Assembly (NCBI GenBank): GCA_963838925.1
Contig: CAWISW010000003.1
Coordinates: 512,001 to 576,000 of the forward strand
DNA: 64,000 nt
Source: an uncultured Nitrososphaerota archaeon
GTDB lineage: Archaea > Thermoproteota > Nitrososphaeria > Nitrososphaerales > Gagatemarchaeaceae
Reading direction: 5' to 3'
Part shown: piece after piece, positions 1-10,033 of the stretch
Layout: each line of letters opens with the position of its first letter
How positions within the stretch are numbered: position 1 is the first letter of the stretch
The notes under the pieces: model-generated
What the model was told of the DNA's origin: nothing
The model's database searches: none
Seen by the model: only the letters and a program-made list of their open reading frames with translations
Program-made: the position numbers and the translations under genes

Positions 1-69
1 CTGCGCACCGTGGGCCTCGACCCGGGGATCAGGAAGGAGCTGGGGATCAAGCCAGCTGGGGCGGCCTGA
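1..69 (+). CDS. 3' end of FMN-binding glutamate synthase subunit (GltB2-type), partial
   Basis: Frame 1 reads LRTVGLDPGIRKELGIKPAGAA*, resembling the archaeal GltB2 C-terminus; directly upstream of the GltB1/3 gene. Confidence 0.6.
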   Translation: MRTVGLDPGIRKELGIKPAGAA

Positions 70-79
70 GCAAGGAGCG

Positions 80-2290
80 ATGAGTCACGGTTTGAGCGAT
101 TATCCGACCTACGACACGCGGTTCGGGCAGCCCGTCTACAAGGACGGCTGCGGAATCTTTGGGATCATCAGGAAGGACGGAGCGCCGAAGGTCTCCAACC
201 TGGACACCCTCACCGGCATCGCCTGCATAAAGTACAGGGGCAGCGACATGGGCGCAGGCTTCGCGCTCTTCGACCCCTCGCTGAGCAGCGGAGGGCACAC
301 CCACAAGGTGAAGGCCTTCGTGAGGAACCAGGGCATTGCCGACAACCTCGCCGACCAGCTCTCGGCCTCGGTCAGCTCCCCCAAGGACATCCACATGCTC
401 ATGCCCGAAGCCGTCAGCGGAAGGGAGCGCTTCGGAATCTGGGAGGCGAACGTCAGCACCTCCGACAACCCCAACCTCGAGAAGACAATCGACGGCATCA
501 ACGGAGGGCTCCTAGGCGACGGCAAGATCGACGGGCGGGTCTTCTCCTTCGGAAGGTACCTCGACGTCTTCAAGGAGGTGGGCTACCCGCTCGAGGTCGC
601 GAAGGAGTACCACCTTGACGCTGACACCAAGAAGGCCGACGCCTGGATAGCCCACACAAGGCAGCCGACGAACTCCCCGGGCCGCTACCCAATTTGGTCT
701 CACCCCTTCGCCTCCATGGACACGGCCATCGCCCACAACGGCGACATCAGCTCCTTCGGGGCGAACCTCGAGCAGCTCAACTCCTGGGGGCTGCGTAGCC
801 ACGTGGGGACTGACAGCGAAGTGATCGCTCGCCTCCTAGACCACCTCGTCAGGGTGGAGGGGCTCTCGCTCTTCGAGGCCGCCACGCTCCTCACCAACCC
901 CTTCGAGAGGCAGTTCTCCCCCGAGGTCCGCAAGCTCCTCATAAGATACAGGGGAGCGCGCCTCGACGGCCCGTTCGCGGTGGTCGCGGGCTTCTCGGAC
1001 GGCAACGACACGTACCTCCTCGCGCTCACCGACAGGTCCAAGTTCCGTCCTCTGCTCGTAGGTGAGGACGACCACAGGTTCTACGTCGCGAGCGAAGAGA
1101 ACCAGATCAGGAACCTCTCGAAGGACGCGGTCGTCTGGGCGCCAGAGCCGGGCTCCTTCTTCCTGGCTTCCGTGAAGAAGGGGATACTCGAGCCCGGCAC
1201 GAAGAGGAAGATTTACTCGTTCCAATCGGGTGGGAGCGCGAGCGGGGTCGCGTCTTCCCTCGGAGCTTACAAGCGCCCGGAGCAGACCATCCCGACCTCG
1301 CACGCGGCAGGCGCGGTCCCGACCCTCGACTCGTCAGGGGTGGGATTCGCAGAGATCAACGAGTTCCTGCGCAAGGCCTACCGCTCGGGAAGCGAGACCG
1401 TCAGGATAGACAACGCCAGCGGCCAGAGATACCTCGGCATGGGATTCTCCACCAAGCAGGAGGACGGGACGAGGCGGAAGTTCAAGGTCTTGATCAACGG
1501 GTATCCCGGGAACTGCCTCGCGAACCTCAACGACGGCGTCTCCTACGAGGTGCACGGGAACGTCTCCGACGACCTGGCCGACACGATGCACGCGGGCTCC
1601 GTCCTCATCCACGGCAGCGCCAGGGACGTCGCTGGCCAGACTCTCCAGGGCGGCCACATCTTCGTCAGGGGCTCCGTCGGTAACAGGGCTGGCATCCAGA
1701 TGCGCGAGTACAAGCAGGCGAAGCCCTACCTCATCGTGGGTGAGACTGCGGACGACTACCTCGGCGAGTACATGGCGGGCGGAATCCTGGCGGTCCTCAA
1801 CCTCTCGGGCTCCGACAGGCCGGTCGGGAAGTTCGCGGCAACAGGCCTCGTGGGCGGGACGATGTACATCAGGGGGGAGGTCGACCCCATCCAGCTTGGG
1901 CTCCCGCCGAGCGCCGAGGACATACTGGCGTACCTCCGGACGAGCGTCATCGACGGCGGGCTGTCGAAGGAGGCCTTCGAGACCATCTCAAAGCTCCGAT
2001 ATCCCAGCGAGCAGGACCTGGCAGCCGTCCTTCCCGCGGAGCTCCTCGCCAGGGTCAGATTCCTCTTCTTCACCAGCAAGTACACCAAGCCGCTTGTCAG
2101 GGAGTACAGGAACCTAAACTCCGCCGACCATGACGCGCTCAAGGGCGTGCTCGAGGCTTTCTTCCAGGCCTTCAGCCTCCCGCGCTCCCTCCTAGAGTCC
2201 GTCCTCGCTTCGAAGTTCACCGTGCTGAGGGCCGGAGACCACAAGCTCACGACGCCTATACCTCCACAGGAAATCCCCGTGGAAGAATAG
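80..2290 (+). CDS. Glutamate synthase subunit: class II glutamine amidotransferase domain fused to GXGXG (GltB3) domain
   Basis: DG-CGIFG Ntn start, HTRQPTNS, SHPF, HNGDISS, TDSEV motifs; C-terminal GQRYLG/GNCLA/VGNRAGIQM/DYLGEYMAGG repeats. Confidence 0.85.
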   Translation: MSHGLSDYPTYDTRFGQPVYKDGCGIFGIIRKDGAPKVSNLDTLTGIACIKYRGSDMGAGFALFDPSLSSGGHTHKVKAFVRNQGIADNLADQLSASVSSPKDIHMLMPEAVSGRERFGIWEANVSTSDNPNLEKTIDGINGGLLGDGKIDGRVFSFGRYLDVFKEVGYPLEVAKEYHLDADTKKADAWIAHTRQPTNSPGRYPIWSHPFASMDTAIAHNGDISSFGANLEQLNSWGLRSHVGTDSEVIARLLDHLVRVEGLSLFEAATLLTNPFERQFSPEVRKLLIRYRGARLDGPFAVVAGFSDGNDTYLLALTDRSKFRPLLVGEDDHRFYVASEENQIRNLSKDAVVWAPEPGSFFLASVKKGILEPGTKRKIYSFQSGGSASGVASSLGAYKRPEQTIPTSHAAGAVPTLDSSGVGFAEINEFLRKAYRSGSETVRIDNASGQRYLGMGFSTKQEDGTRRKFKVLINGYPGNCLANLNDGVSYEVHGNVSDDLADTMHAGSVLIHGSARDVAGQTLQGGHIFVRGSVGNRAGIQMREYKQAKPYLIVGETADDYLGEYMAGGILAVLNLSGSDRPVGKFAATGLVGGTMYIRGEVDPIQLGLPPSAEDILAYLRTSVIDGGLSKEAFETISKLRYPSEQDLAAVLPAELLARVRFLFFTSKYTKPLVREYRNLNSADHDALKGVLEAFFQAFSLPRSLLESVLASKFTVLRAGDHKLTTPIPPQEIPVEE

Positions 2291-2329
2291 CCGGTCGCAA
2301 TCGTAGAGACAATTGGGGAGATAACGAGA

Positions 2330-3310
2330 ATGCCGAGCAAGACCGAAGACCTCTGGTGGCTGTTCACCAGGCAGACCATCAAGGTGACCCCGAGGCAGAG
2401 CGTCCTCTCAGCATCGATGATCATGCAGAGGAGGAACTTCAGGCACCTCCCTGTCGTCGACGAGAAGGGGAGGATCATGGGGATGATCTCCGCGCAGGAC
2501 ATCATCGACTCGCTGAACTTCGCGCTCTCAAAGCCCGACGTCATGACAAAGGAGGTCTTGGAGTCCCTCGAGATCCCGGTAGAGAGGATCATGGTCTACA
2601 ACAGCATATGCGTGGAACCCGGGGACCGACTCGAAGAGATAACGAAGAAGATGACGTTCCACAACCTCGGCGGGATGCCCGTAGTTGACGAGCAGGGGGT
2701 CGTTCGGGGAATCATCACCCTGAGAGATCTCGTAGGGCTCATGGGGACGAGCTCGGACGAGATAGGAGTGCCAGTGTCCGAGGTGATGAACCCGAACGTC
2801 ATCACGATAGGGCAGGACCAGTACCTCTCTACTGCAGTCCGTCTCATGTCAGAACACCGAATCAGGCGGCTCCCCGTAGTCCCGGAGGGGAAGGGCCCAG
2901 ACGCCGCGACCCCGAAGGGGATCCTCTCCAACAAAGACGCGCTCGCGCGAATCGCGAAGTTTGCTCCCATGGGCACCCCAGGTCAGACTGGCGAAGGCGC
3001 AAGCGTCCCGACGCGCTTCGACACCCCCATCTCCGACTTTATGATCAGGGACGTGATCACAGTGAGCCAGGACGACGACATCAGGGTGGCGGCATCCAAG
3101 ATGATGATATTCGGGATCGGCGGGCTGGTGGTAGATGACTCCCCGACCGGGCGCGTGGCGCTCGTCACCGAGAGGGACCTCATCAGGACCCTCTCCCGAA
3201 AGAGGGGGAACGCGGTCTTGATGACCGCCCTCCAGTTCGAGCTGGAGGTCGAGAAGGCCAAGGCGCGCTCCACGGCCGGCTACGGCGCGAACCCGCGCTC
3301 GCGCCCCTGA
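2330..3310 (+). CDS. CBS-domain protein (four CBS repeats)
   Basis: RHLPVVD..GMIS, GGMPVVD..GIIT, RRLPVV..GILS, LVTERDL motifs. Confidence 0.85.
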   Translation: MPSKTEDLWWLFTRQTIKVTPRQSVLSASMIMQRRNFRHLPVVDEKGRIMGMISAQDIIDSLNFALSKPDVMTKEVLESLEIPVERIMVYNSICVEPGDRLEEITKKMTFHNLGGMPVVDEQGVVRGIITLRDLVGLMGTSSDEIGVPVSEVMNPNVITIGQDQYLSTAVRLMSEHRIRRLPVVPEGKGPDAATPKGILSNKDALARIAKFAPMGTPGQTGEGASVPTRFDTPISDFMIRDVITVSQDDDIRVAASKMMIFGIGGLVVDDSPTGRVALVTERDLIRTLSRKRGNAVLMTALQFELEVEKAKARSTAGYGANPRSRP

Positions 3311-3381
3311 CAGCCGCCCACCCGAACGCGAAAGTTTAAAGACTTAAGAAAAATCCGGGTTAACTTCTCGAGTGAGCTAGG

Positions 3382-4383
3382 ATGGGTCATAGGAAACATA
3401 GTGCACCACGCAGAGGAAGTCTCGCATACATCCCGAGAGGGAGGGTTGGAGACTTCTTCCCCACAGTGCACAACTGGCCCAAGATCAAGGCCGCCGCGCC
3501 CACGCTGCTCGGGCTTCCAGCGGTCAAGGTCAGCACGATTCACACGATTACCATTGACGACAGGGCGAAGACCCCTAACTTCGGCAAGCCCCGCTTCAAC
3601 CCCACCAGCGTCCTGGCTGTCCCGGACACCTCAGTGGTGGGGCTCCGCCTATACATCAGGGAGAACGGCGCCGAGAGAGCGGTCGGAGAGGCATACGCGA
3701 AGAGCCTCCCGAAGGGTGTCGAGAAGAAGTCCAACACCGACCCCGACAAGTTCATCGCAGCCTGGAAGCCGAAGCTCTCTGGCCTCACTCGCATCTCCGC
3801 CATCGTCGCGATAACCCCGAGAGACGCAGGGATATCGCAGAAGGTGCCGATAGTCTTCGAGGTAGGAATCGGAGGCGGCGACATCGCAGCCCAGTTCGAT
3901 TACGCAGCCAAGGTGATGGGAAAGGCCATCAAGTTCTCAGAGGTCTTCAAGGCCGGAGGCTACGTCGATATCATCGGAGTGACGAAAGGTCACGGCTACG
4001 AGGGCCCGGTCACAAGGATGGGCATCAAGAGGAAGCAGCACAAGTCGAGGAAGAGCGTCAGGGCTGTCGGAGTCATCGGCCCGTGGCACCCAGCGGCCGT
4101 CATGTACACGGTCGCGAGGGCAGGGCAGCACGGGTTCCACCAGAGGACCGAGTCTGGCAAGAGGATCCTTTCGATATCAAACGCAAAGGACGCGCCGATA
4201 ACCCCGAACGGGGGCTTCGAGCACTTCGGCGAGCTAAAAACCGACTACGCGCTGGTACGCGGGAGCGTCCCCGGCACCAACAGGCGCGTCGTAGTGGTGA
4301 GATATCCAATGAGGCCGCACCCGAAGGCCAACACGGCGCCGGTGCAGGTCCTCGAGGTCAGCACCAGGATAGCAAAGAGGTAG
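3382..4383 (+). CDS. rpl3: 50S ribosomal protein L3
   Basis: MGHRKHSAPRRGSL N-terminus; VTKGHGYEG, GPWHP, RAGQHGFHQRT motifs. Confidence 0.97.
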   Translation: MGHRKHSAPRRGSLAYIPRGRVGDFFPTVHNWPKIKAAAPTLLGLPAVKVSTIHTITIDDRAKTPNFGKPRFNPTSVLAVPDTSVVGLRLYIRENGAERAVGEAYAKSLPKGVEKKSNTDPDKFIAAWKPKLSGLTRISAIVAITPRDAGISQKVPIVFEVGIGGGDIAAQFDYAAKVMGKAIKFSEVFKAGGYVDIIGVTKGHGYEGPVTRMGIKRKQHKSRKSVRAVGVIGPWHPAAVMYTVARAGQHGFHQRTESGKRILSISNAKDAPITPNGGFEHFGELKTDYALVRGSVPGTNRRVVVVRYPMRPHPKANTAPVQVLEVSTRIAKR

Positions 4384-4389
4384 TAGCGA

Positions 4390-5205
4390 ATGGCAGGTTC
4401 TGCGAAGATACTCGACATGAGCGGCAAGCCCGGCAGTGAGATCGAGCTTCCATCAGTGTTCTCGACCCCGCTGAGGCCGGACATCGTCCAGAGGGCGTGG
4501 TGGATACTCCACTCGCACGGGATACAGCCGTACGGCCGCGACCCGATGGCGGGAAACAGGACCAGCGCCGAGACAGGCAACCCGCCCACCGGAAGAGGAA
4601 TCTCGAGAATCCCAAGGATAAAGGGCGCCGGGACCACCAAGGCAGGCCAGGCCGGAGGAGTGGCGAGCATCGTGGGAGGAAGGCTGCCTCACCCGCCCAG
4701 GTCTGAGAAGGTGATCTACCGCAAGATCAACGTCAAGGAGAGGAAGCTCGCGCTCGACACCGCGATTGCGTTCACCGGGGACGCCAACGCAGTCGCGTGG
4801 AGGGGGCACAAGACGGGGAAGCTAAAGTTCCCGATAGTAGTCTCAGACGACCTAGAGGCGCTGGAGAAGACCTCCGCCCTCGAGGCCTTCCTCAGAGACC
4901 TCGGACTCGCCGACGAGATGAAGCGCATCTACGGCGGAGTGAAGAGGCGCTCGGGGAAGCCCAGGTTGAGAGGGAGGACCACGAGGAAGAAGACCGGGCC
5001 GCTCATAGTCGTGAGCAACGACAGGGGCATAGGAAGGGCGGCCCCGTCAATCCCAGGAGTCGAGGTTTCCACGGTTGACAACCTTAGCGTCCTGCCTCTC
5101 GCGCCCGGAGGGGTCGCAGGAAGGCTCACGATCTGGACGAGCTCCGCGGTCGAGGTGCTGGGTACGAGGTCGAACAAGGGGGAGAGAATGAAAGTTGAGG
5201 CTTGA
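4390..5205 (+). CDS. rpl4: 50S ribosomal protein L4
   Basis: LPSVFSTPLRPD, QPYGRDPMAG..SAE, GRGISRIPR, LAPGG..GRLTIWT. Confidence 0.96.
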   Translation: MAGSAKILDMSGKPGSEIELPSVFSTPLRPDIVQRAWWILHSHGIQPYGRDPMAGNRTSAETGNPPTGRGISRIPRIKGAGTTKAGQAGGVASIVGGRLPHPPRSEKVIYRKINVKERKLALDTAIAFTGDANAVAWRGHKTGKLKFPIVVSDDLEALEKTSALEAFLRDLGLADEMKRIYGGVKRRSGKPRLRGRTTRKKTGPLIVVSNDRGIGRAAPSIPGVEVSTVDNLSVLPLAPGGVAGRLTIWTSSAVEVLGTRSNKGERMKVEA

Positions 5206-5461
5206 AGACGCTCAGAAGGTAATCATCCGTCCTTACATCACCGAAAGGACCTTTGACCAGATAGCGCGCGAGAACAAGCTCTGCTTCATGGTCGACAACA
5301 AGGCCTCCAAGACGCAGATTGCGAGCGCTGTCGAGGCTCTCTACGAGGTGAAGGTCAGGACTGTCAACACGCTCAGGTCGCTCGGAGGCAAGAAGGCGTT
5401 CGTGCGCCTCGTCCCAGAGGACTCAGCGACCGACCTCGCCACCAAGCTAGGGCTAGTGTAG
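5195..5461 (+). CDS. rpl23: 50S ribosomal protein L23
   Basis: PYITE, NKLCFMV, KKAFVRL, ATDLATKLG; operon position. Confidence 0.95.
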   Translation: MRLEDAQKVIIRPYITERTFDQIARENKLCFMVDNKASKTQIASAVEALYEVKVRTVNTLRSLGGKKAFVRLVPEDSATDLATKLGLV

Positions 5462-5466
5462 TAGAA

Positions 5467-6228
5467 ATGGGCAAGAGAATTCTACAGAGAAGGCGCGGCA
5501 AGGGCGGGCTCCAGTTCAGGGTCTCGCCCAGGGGTAAGATCGCACCAGTCCGGTATCCCCTCCTGGACCCAGCGGGGACGGTCCACGCGGGCAAGCTCAC
5601 GGTAAGGGCGATACTCGACGAGAAGGGGAGGAGCGCGCCCCTCGCGCAGCTGCAATACGGCGAGCACGGCGCGATATCCTACATCCCGGCCGTCAGCGGA
5701 ATATCCGTCGGGGCAGAGGTCCAACACGGCCCGGAGGCATCCATCGCCAACGGGAACATACTGCCTCTCAGGAAGATCCCAGAAGGCACCAGGATCTCGA
5801 ACATCGAGCTCCGCGCGGGCGACGGGGGGAAGCTCGTCCGTGCAGCGGGAGGCTCCGCGGTCCTCTTCTCAAAGGGCGAGGGGAGGGCGATAGTCAGGCT
5901 CCCGAGCGGGAAGAGCATGCTGATCAACGAGAACTGCAGGGCGACGGTCGGAGAGATAGCGGGAGGCGGAATGCAAGAGAAGCCGTTCATGCGCGCAGGG
6001 CCGAGGCACCACGCGATGAAGGCGAAGGGAATCCCCTACCCGAGGATGAGAGGAATCGCCATGGCAGTCGTTTACCACCCGTTCGGAGGAGGAAGGCACC
6101 AGCACCCGGGCAAGTCGACCAGCACCTCGCGCAACGCGCCGCCAGGAAGGAAGGTCGGCCTCATCGCGCCCAGGAAGACCGGAAGGAAGAGGCTGGCGAG
6201 GACGAGCGTAGAAGTTAAGGAGAAGTAG
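5467..6228 (+). CDS. rpl2: 50S ribosomal protein L2
   Basis: [55 protein letters not shown]. Confidence 0.97.
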   Translation: MGKRILQRRRGKGGLQFRVSPRGKIAPVRYPLLDPAGTVHAGKLTVRAILDEKGRSAPLAQLQYGEHGAISYIPAVSGISVGAEVQHGPEASIANGNILPLRKIPEGTRISNIELRAGDGGKLVRAAGGSAVLFSKGEGRAIVRLPSGKSMLINENCRATVGEIAGGGMQEKPFMRAGPRHHAMKAKGIPYPRMRGIAMAVVYHPFGGGRHQHPGKSTSTSRNAPPGRKVGLIAPRKTGRKRLARTSVEVKEK

Positions 6229-6245
6229 GGAGAAGAGACAGGAGC

Positions 6246-6641
6246 ATGCCGAAAGAGTTCCGCTACCGGGGTTACACCGTCGAGCAGCTCAACGGGATGA
6301 GCACAGAGGCCATCCTGCAGCTCCTCCCTTCGAGGGCGAGGCGCTCCCTCAACAGGGGCATTTCAGACGACAAGAGGAAGCTCCTCGAGGACGTGCGGTC
6401 CCAGAAGGAGGGCAAGCTCGAGGGCCAGATCAAGACGCACGCGAGAGACATGATAGTCCTCCCCGTCATGGTGGGCGCCACGGTCGGCGTCTACACAGGC
6501 AAGGAGTTCCTTTCGATAGAGATCAAGCCCGACATGATAGGGCACTACCTCGGCGAGTACGCGATCACCAACAAGAAGGTCGTGCACGGGACTCCGGGCA
6601 TCGGCGCGAGCCGCTCGAGCCTCTACGTCCCGCTAAAGTAG
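6246..6641 (+). CDS. rps19: 30S ribosomal protein S19
   Basis: [38 protein letters not shown]. Confidence 0.97.
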   Translation: MPKEFRYRGYTVEQLNGMSTEAILQLLPSRARRSLNRGISDDKRKLLEDVRSQKEGKLEGQIKTHARDMIVLPVMVGATVGVYTGKEFLSIEIKPDMIGHYLGEYAITNKKVVHGTPGIGASRSSLYVPLK

Positions 6642-6681
6642 CAAGACCCGGGTACGACCCGAGAAGACCGGGAGCACAACA

Positions 6682-7446
6682 TTGTCGCTCGCGAGAGGCG
6701 ATCGTTCGCTGCAGGAGGAGCTCGACTGGGCCATGGCGAGGCTGGACAAGGCAGGCTACCACGTGCGCTCGAAGGTAAGGCTTCTCGTCGACCCGAACCT
6801 CGACATCATGGGCTACGCGAACGAGGAGGACGGCGTCCAGCACATCGTCATAGCCGAGTGGGCGCTCCAGTCGGAGATGCTCGGCGGCCTCCTCTTCCAC
6901 GAGCTCGCCCACATCTACCACACCGAGAGGCGCTCGCCGTCGCACAAGTTCAAGGTCACCAACGCGATAATCACCGAGTTCACCCAGAGGGAGGGCCTCA
7001 ACGAGAGGGAGACCGGGTACCTCGTCGAGGGGTTCAACCACCTGCAGAACGTGATCGTCGACGACATCGTCTTCGCCGCCATGGAGGAGTCCGAGAGGAG
7101 GCAGGCCCAGAGGTTCTTCTCGGGGTGGCTCACGGAGGCACCCTCGGGCTACGCCCTCGTCGACGCCGCCGCCCTCTCGAGGAACGCGTTCGCCATGGCG
7201 TCCCTGAAGAGGCACGGCATGCTGAACGAGGAGGAGCCCAGCGCAAAGGAGATGGCCGCGAGGGGCCGGGCGCTCGTCAGGCAGCTCGGCGAGAAAACCC
7301 AGGAGAAGTACGACGCGATAGAGGAGTTCCTCGTCAAGGCGGAGGCTGGCTGGAACGAGGAGACTTTCCACAACAAGCTAGTCCAGTACCTCGACCTCCT
7401 CGTGGCCCTTCTCAGGGAGAAGGACCAGATGGAAGACCTAAGGTAG
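6682..7446 (+). CDS. Hypothetical HExxH (zincin-like) protein, DUF5781-like
   Basis: HELAHIY..E..PSH motif; host-like codon usage. Confidence 0.6.
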   Translation: MSLARGDRSLQEELDWAMARLDKAGYHVRSKVRLLVDPNLDIMGYANEEDGVQHIVIAEWALQSEMLGGLLFHELAHIYHTERRSPSHKFKVTNAIITEFTQREGLNERETGYLVEGFNHLQNVIVDDIVFAAMEESERRQAQRFFSGWLTEAPSGYALVDAAALSRNAFAMASLKRHGMLNEEEPSAKEMAARGRALVRQLGEKTQEKYDAIEEFLVKAEAGWNEETFHNKLVQYLDLLVALLREKDQMEDLR

Positions 7447-7487
7447 AAACAAGATAAAGCCCGGCCCGTCGCTGGAGGCGACCATCC

Positions 7488-7952
7488 ATGTCGCTGAAGA
7501 TCGGGACCCTGAGCATCGGAAGCAAGGCCTTCGAGCAGCACGGCAAGATCCCGCGGCAATACTCCGCGGACGGCGGAAACAAGTCGCCCCCGCTCACGTG
7601 GGACGGAGTCCCTCAAGGGACCAGACAGCTGGCGCTGGTCTGCCACGACCCAGACGCACCCATGCCAAACGGATTCACGCACTGGGTCCTCTACGGAATC
7701 CCTCCTGACGCGAAGGGCATCCCTGAGGGCGGGGGCAGCAGCTTCGTCCAGGGGCGCAACGGCATGGGCAAGCAAGGCTACTTCGGACCCGCGCCTCCTC
7801 CGGGGCACGGGGTGCACCACTACTACTTCTGGCTCTACGCGCTCGGCGAAGGCCCAGAACTGGAGCCGGACCTGAGCCGCGAAGAGCTCTTGGAAGCCAT
7901 CGCCGGTCGGGTCCTCGCCCAGGCACGGCTTGTCGGGGTCTACGAGCGCTAG
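7488..7952 (+). CDS. YbhB/YbcL family (PEBP, Raf kinase inhibitor-like) protein
   Basis: SPPLTW, DPDAP, FTHWV, GPAPPPGHGVHHYYF. Confidence 0.9.
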   Translation: MSLKIGTLSIGSKAFEQHGKIPRQYSADGGNKSPPLTWDGVPQGTRQLALVCHDPDAPMPNGFTHWVLYGIPPDAKGIPEGGGSSFVQGRNGMGKQGYFGPAPPPGHGVHHYYFWLYALGEGPELEPDLSREELLEAIAGRVLAQARLVGVYER

Positions 7953-7991
7953 GCCCGCCGGCTCCAAAGGCGCCCGGCTTCAGCTAGTTTA

Positions 7992-9116
7992 TTGGACGGC
8001 GCTCCCCCCGGAGCTAGTTTGCCGCAGAAGAACAGGCTGGAGCGGATCTTCGAGAACGCCCGCGAGGGTCTCGACGCCGTATGCATCGTCAACGGGAGCC
8101 ACCCCGACCCGAACTTCTTCTACGTCTCCGGCTACAGGAGCGGCCTCTTCGAGGGCAACATGCTCTTCTTGTTCCCCGACATGCACGTCGAGGTGCTCAC
8201 CAACCCCCTCGAAGAGGAGGCCGCGAGGCAGAGGCGCGACTACACCATCCACGTCGAGAAGGCCTACACCCCTTCAGGACGCCGGCAGGCGGTGTCCTCC
8301 ATCCTCAAGGGATGCAAGCGCGTCGGCATCAACTTCCAGGGCGTCTCGCACAAGGACTTCTTGGGGCTCCAAGCGACGCTCTCCTCGAAGAAGCTCGTCG
8401 ACGTGTCCGACGCCCTGATGGAGGCGAGGCTTGTGAAGGACCCGGACGAGCTCGAGGCGCTCTCGGGGGCCGCGAGGATCATCTCGAAGGTGGTCGACGA
8501 AGTGCCCGGGCTCTTGAAGGCTGGGATGACCGAGAAGGCGCTCAAGGCCGAGATAGACTACGCGATGGTCAAGGAGGGAGCGGACTCCCCCTCGTTCGAG
8601 AGCATCGTCGCCTTTGGGGAGAACTCAGCGATCCCCCACTACTCTGCGGGAGCGAGGCGCCTCAGCAAGGGAGACAACGTCCTCGTCGACGTGGGCGCGC
8701 GGTACCGCCTCTACTGCTCCGACATCACCAGGACGTTCTTCTTCGGCCGCGCCTCCCCGTCGCAGAGGGAGGTCTACTCCAAGGTCCTCGAGGCGCAGAC
8801 GAAGGCGTTGGAGGGGGTCAGAGAGGGCGTCAGCGGCAGGGCGGTCCACCAGATAGCGGCAAGGGTGATCGACGGGAGCAAGTTCAAGGGGAGATTCACC
8901 CACGGCCTCGGCCACTCCCTGGGCCTGGAGGTCCACGACGGCGTCGGGCTGACCCTGCGGAATACGCGCAAGCTGGCGCGTAACATGGTCTTGACGGTCG
9001 AGCCGGGGATATACCTCCCAGGGAAGGGAGGCGTCCGTATCGAGGACGACGTCGTGGTCACCAAGGATTCCTGCAGGCCGCTGACGACATCACCGAAGGC
9101 CCTTCTCGAGGTTTAG
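7992..9116 (+). CDS. Xaa-Pro peptidase (M24 family)
   Basis: DVGARY..YCSDITRT, HGLGHSLGLEVHD, TVEPGIY, GVRIEDD; exact start uncertain. Confidence 0.9.
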   Translation: MDGAPPGASLPQKNRLERIFENAREGLDAVCIVNGSHPDPNFFYVSGYRSGLFEGNMLFLFPDMHVEVLTNPLEEEAARQRRDYTIHVEKAYTPSGRRQAVSSILKGCKRVGINFQGVSHKDFLGLQATLSSKKLVDVSDALMEARLVKDPDELEALSGAARIISKVVDEVPGLLKAGMTEKALKAEIDYAMVKEGADSPSFESIVAFGENSAIPHYSAGARRLSKGDNVLVDVGARYRLYCSDITRTFFFGRASPSQREVYSKVLEAQTKALEGVREGVSGRAVHQIAARVIDGSKFKGRFTHGLGHSLGLEVHDGVGLTLRNTRKLARNMVLTVEPGIYLPGKGGVRIEDDVVVTKDSCRPLTTSPKALLEV

Positions 9117-9198
9117 AGGGAGCCTCCGGACGGGGGCTGAACGCGACGCAGCACTAGAAGCTCATTTATCCCGGTATCGCCCTGACGCAAGCAATCAG

Positions 9199-9423
9199 AT
9201 GGCTAGCTGCCGACTCTGCAAGAGGGAATGCGCGCAATCCTCGGACTTTTGCAGATACCATCTCACCGCCAAACGGAATCTGGAGTCTGGCTACAAGAAG
9301 TGGAGCGACGCCTATGGGGGCATGGCCTGGAAGGAGTATCTCAGGAAGGTCGGGCAGAACAAGGAGACAGGGCAGTGGGCAAAGGAAGTCGCGGAGATGC
9401 TCTCGAAGGAGCCCGAAGCGTGA
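9199..9423 (+). CDS. Small hypothetical protein with N-terminal CxxC..CxxH zinc-finger-like motif
   Basis: CRLC...FCRYH; TTTAT box upstream. Confidence 0.6.
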   Translation: MASCRLCKRECAQSSDFCRYHLTAKRNLESGYKKWSDAYGGMAWKEYLRKVGQNKETGQWAKEVAEMLSKEPEA

Positions 9424-9432
9424 AGCCGACTA

Positions 9433-9972
9433 TCAAGGAATGAGTACCGCTGCGGCGACCACGGACGTCCAAAGGCCCGACTTGTCTCCCTCGGCGGACT
9501 GTGAGACGTTCGAGGTCCTGATGATCAGCCCGCTTGACTTGAAGAGCTGCTTCCTCTCGTCCCAAGCCTTCGCGGAGTCGAAGGAGATTCCCATCGTCGT
9601 GGCCAGCATCGTGGCCGCGAGGTCCTCAGCGTAGTCTCCCGCGGTCTCCTCGGTCTGCCCGTAGGCGTGGTGCTCCGAGATGTAGCCGTAGGTCTTCGTG
9701 GAAGGGATAGCCAAGCCGACGGACGCGGCGATCAGCCTGTTAGGCTCCCGAGTGGCGTTCCTGGCGAGCATGACGAAGGTCACCTCTCCGGGCGTCAGCA
9801 TCTTTCTGCCCTTCTCCCTGGGGATGACCTTGGCGCCAGCGGGCACAATGCTCGAGACCTGGACCAGGTTGCAGTGCTGTATTCCCGCATCTCGAAGCGC
9901 CAGCTCGAACGACTGGAGCTTCTCCTTGTGTTTGCCGACACCATTGGTGAGGAAGAGGCGTCTTGGAATCAA
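9433..9972 (-). CDS. pdaD: Pyruvoyl-dependent arginine decarboxylase
   Basis: [19 protein letters not shown] self-cleavage site, GYISEHH. Confidence 0.9.
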   Translation of the reverse strand: MIPRRLFLTNGVGKHKEKLQSFELALRDAGIQHCNLVQVSSIVPAGAKVIPREKGRKMLTPGEVTFVMLARNATREPNRLIAASVGLAIPSTKTYGYISEHHAYGQTEETAGDYAEDLAATMLATTMGISFDSAKAWDERKQLFKSSGLIIRTSNVSQSAEGDKSGLWTSVVAAAVLIP

Positions 9973-10033
9973 CGTTTACTCCGCAAATCAACCGGTCGAG
10001 TATCGGACATTTTAGTCCTTCTGAAGGCCCGCG

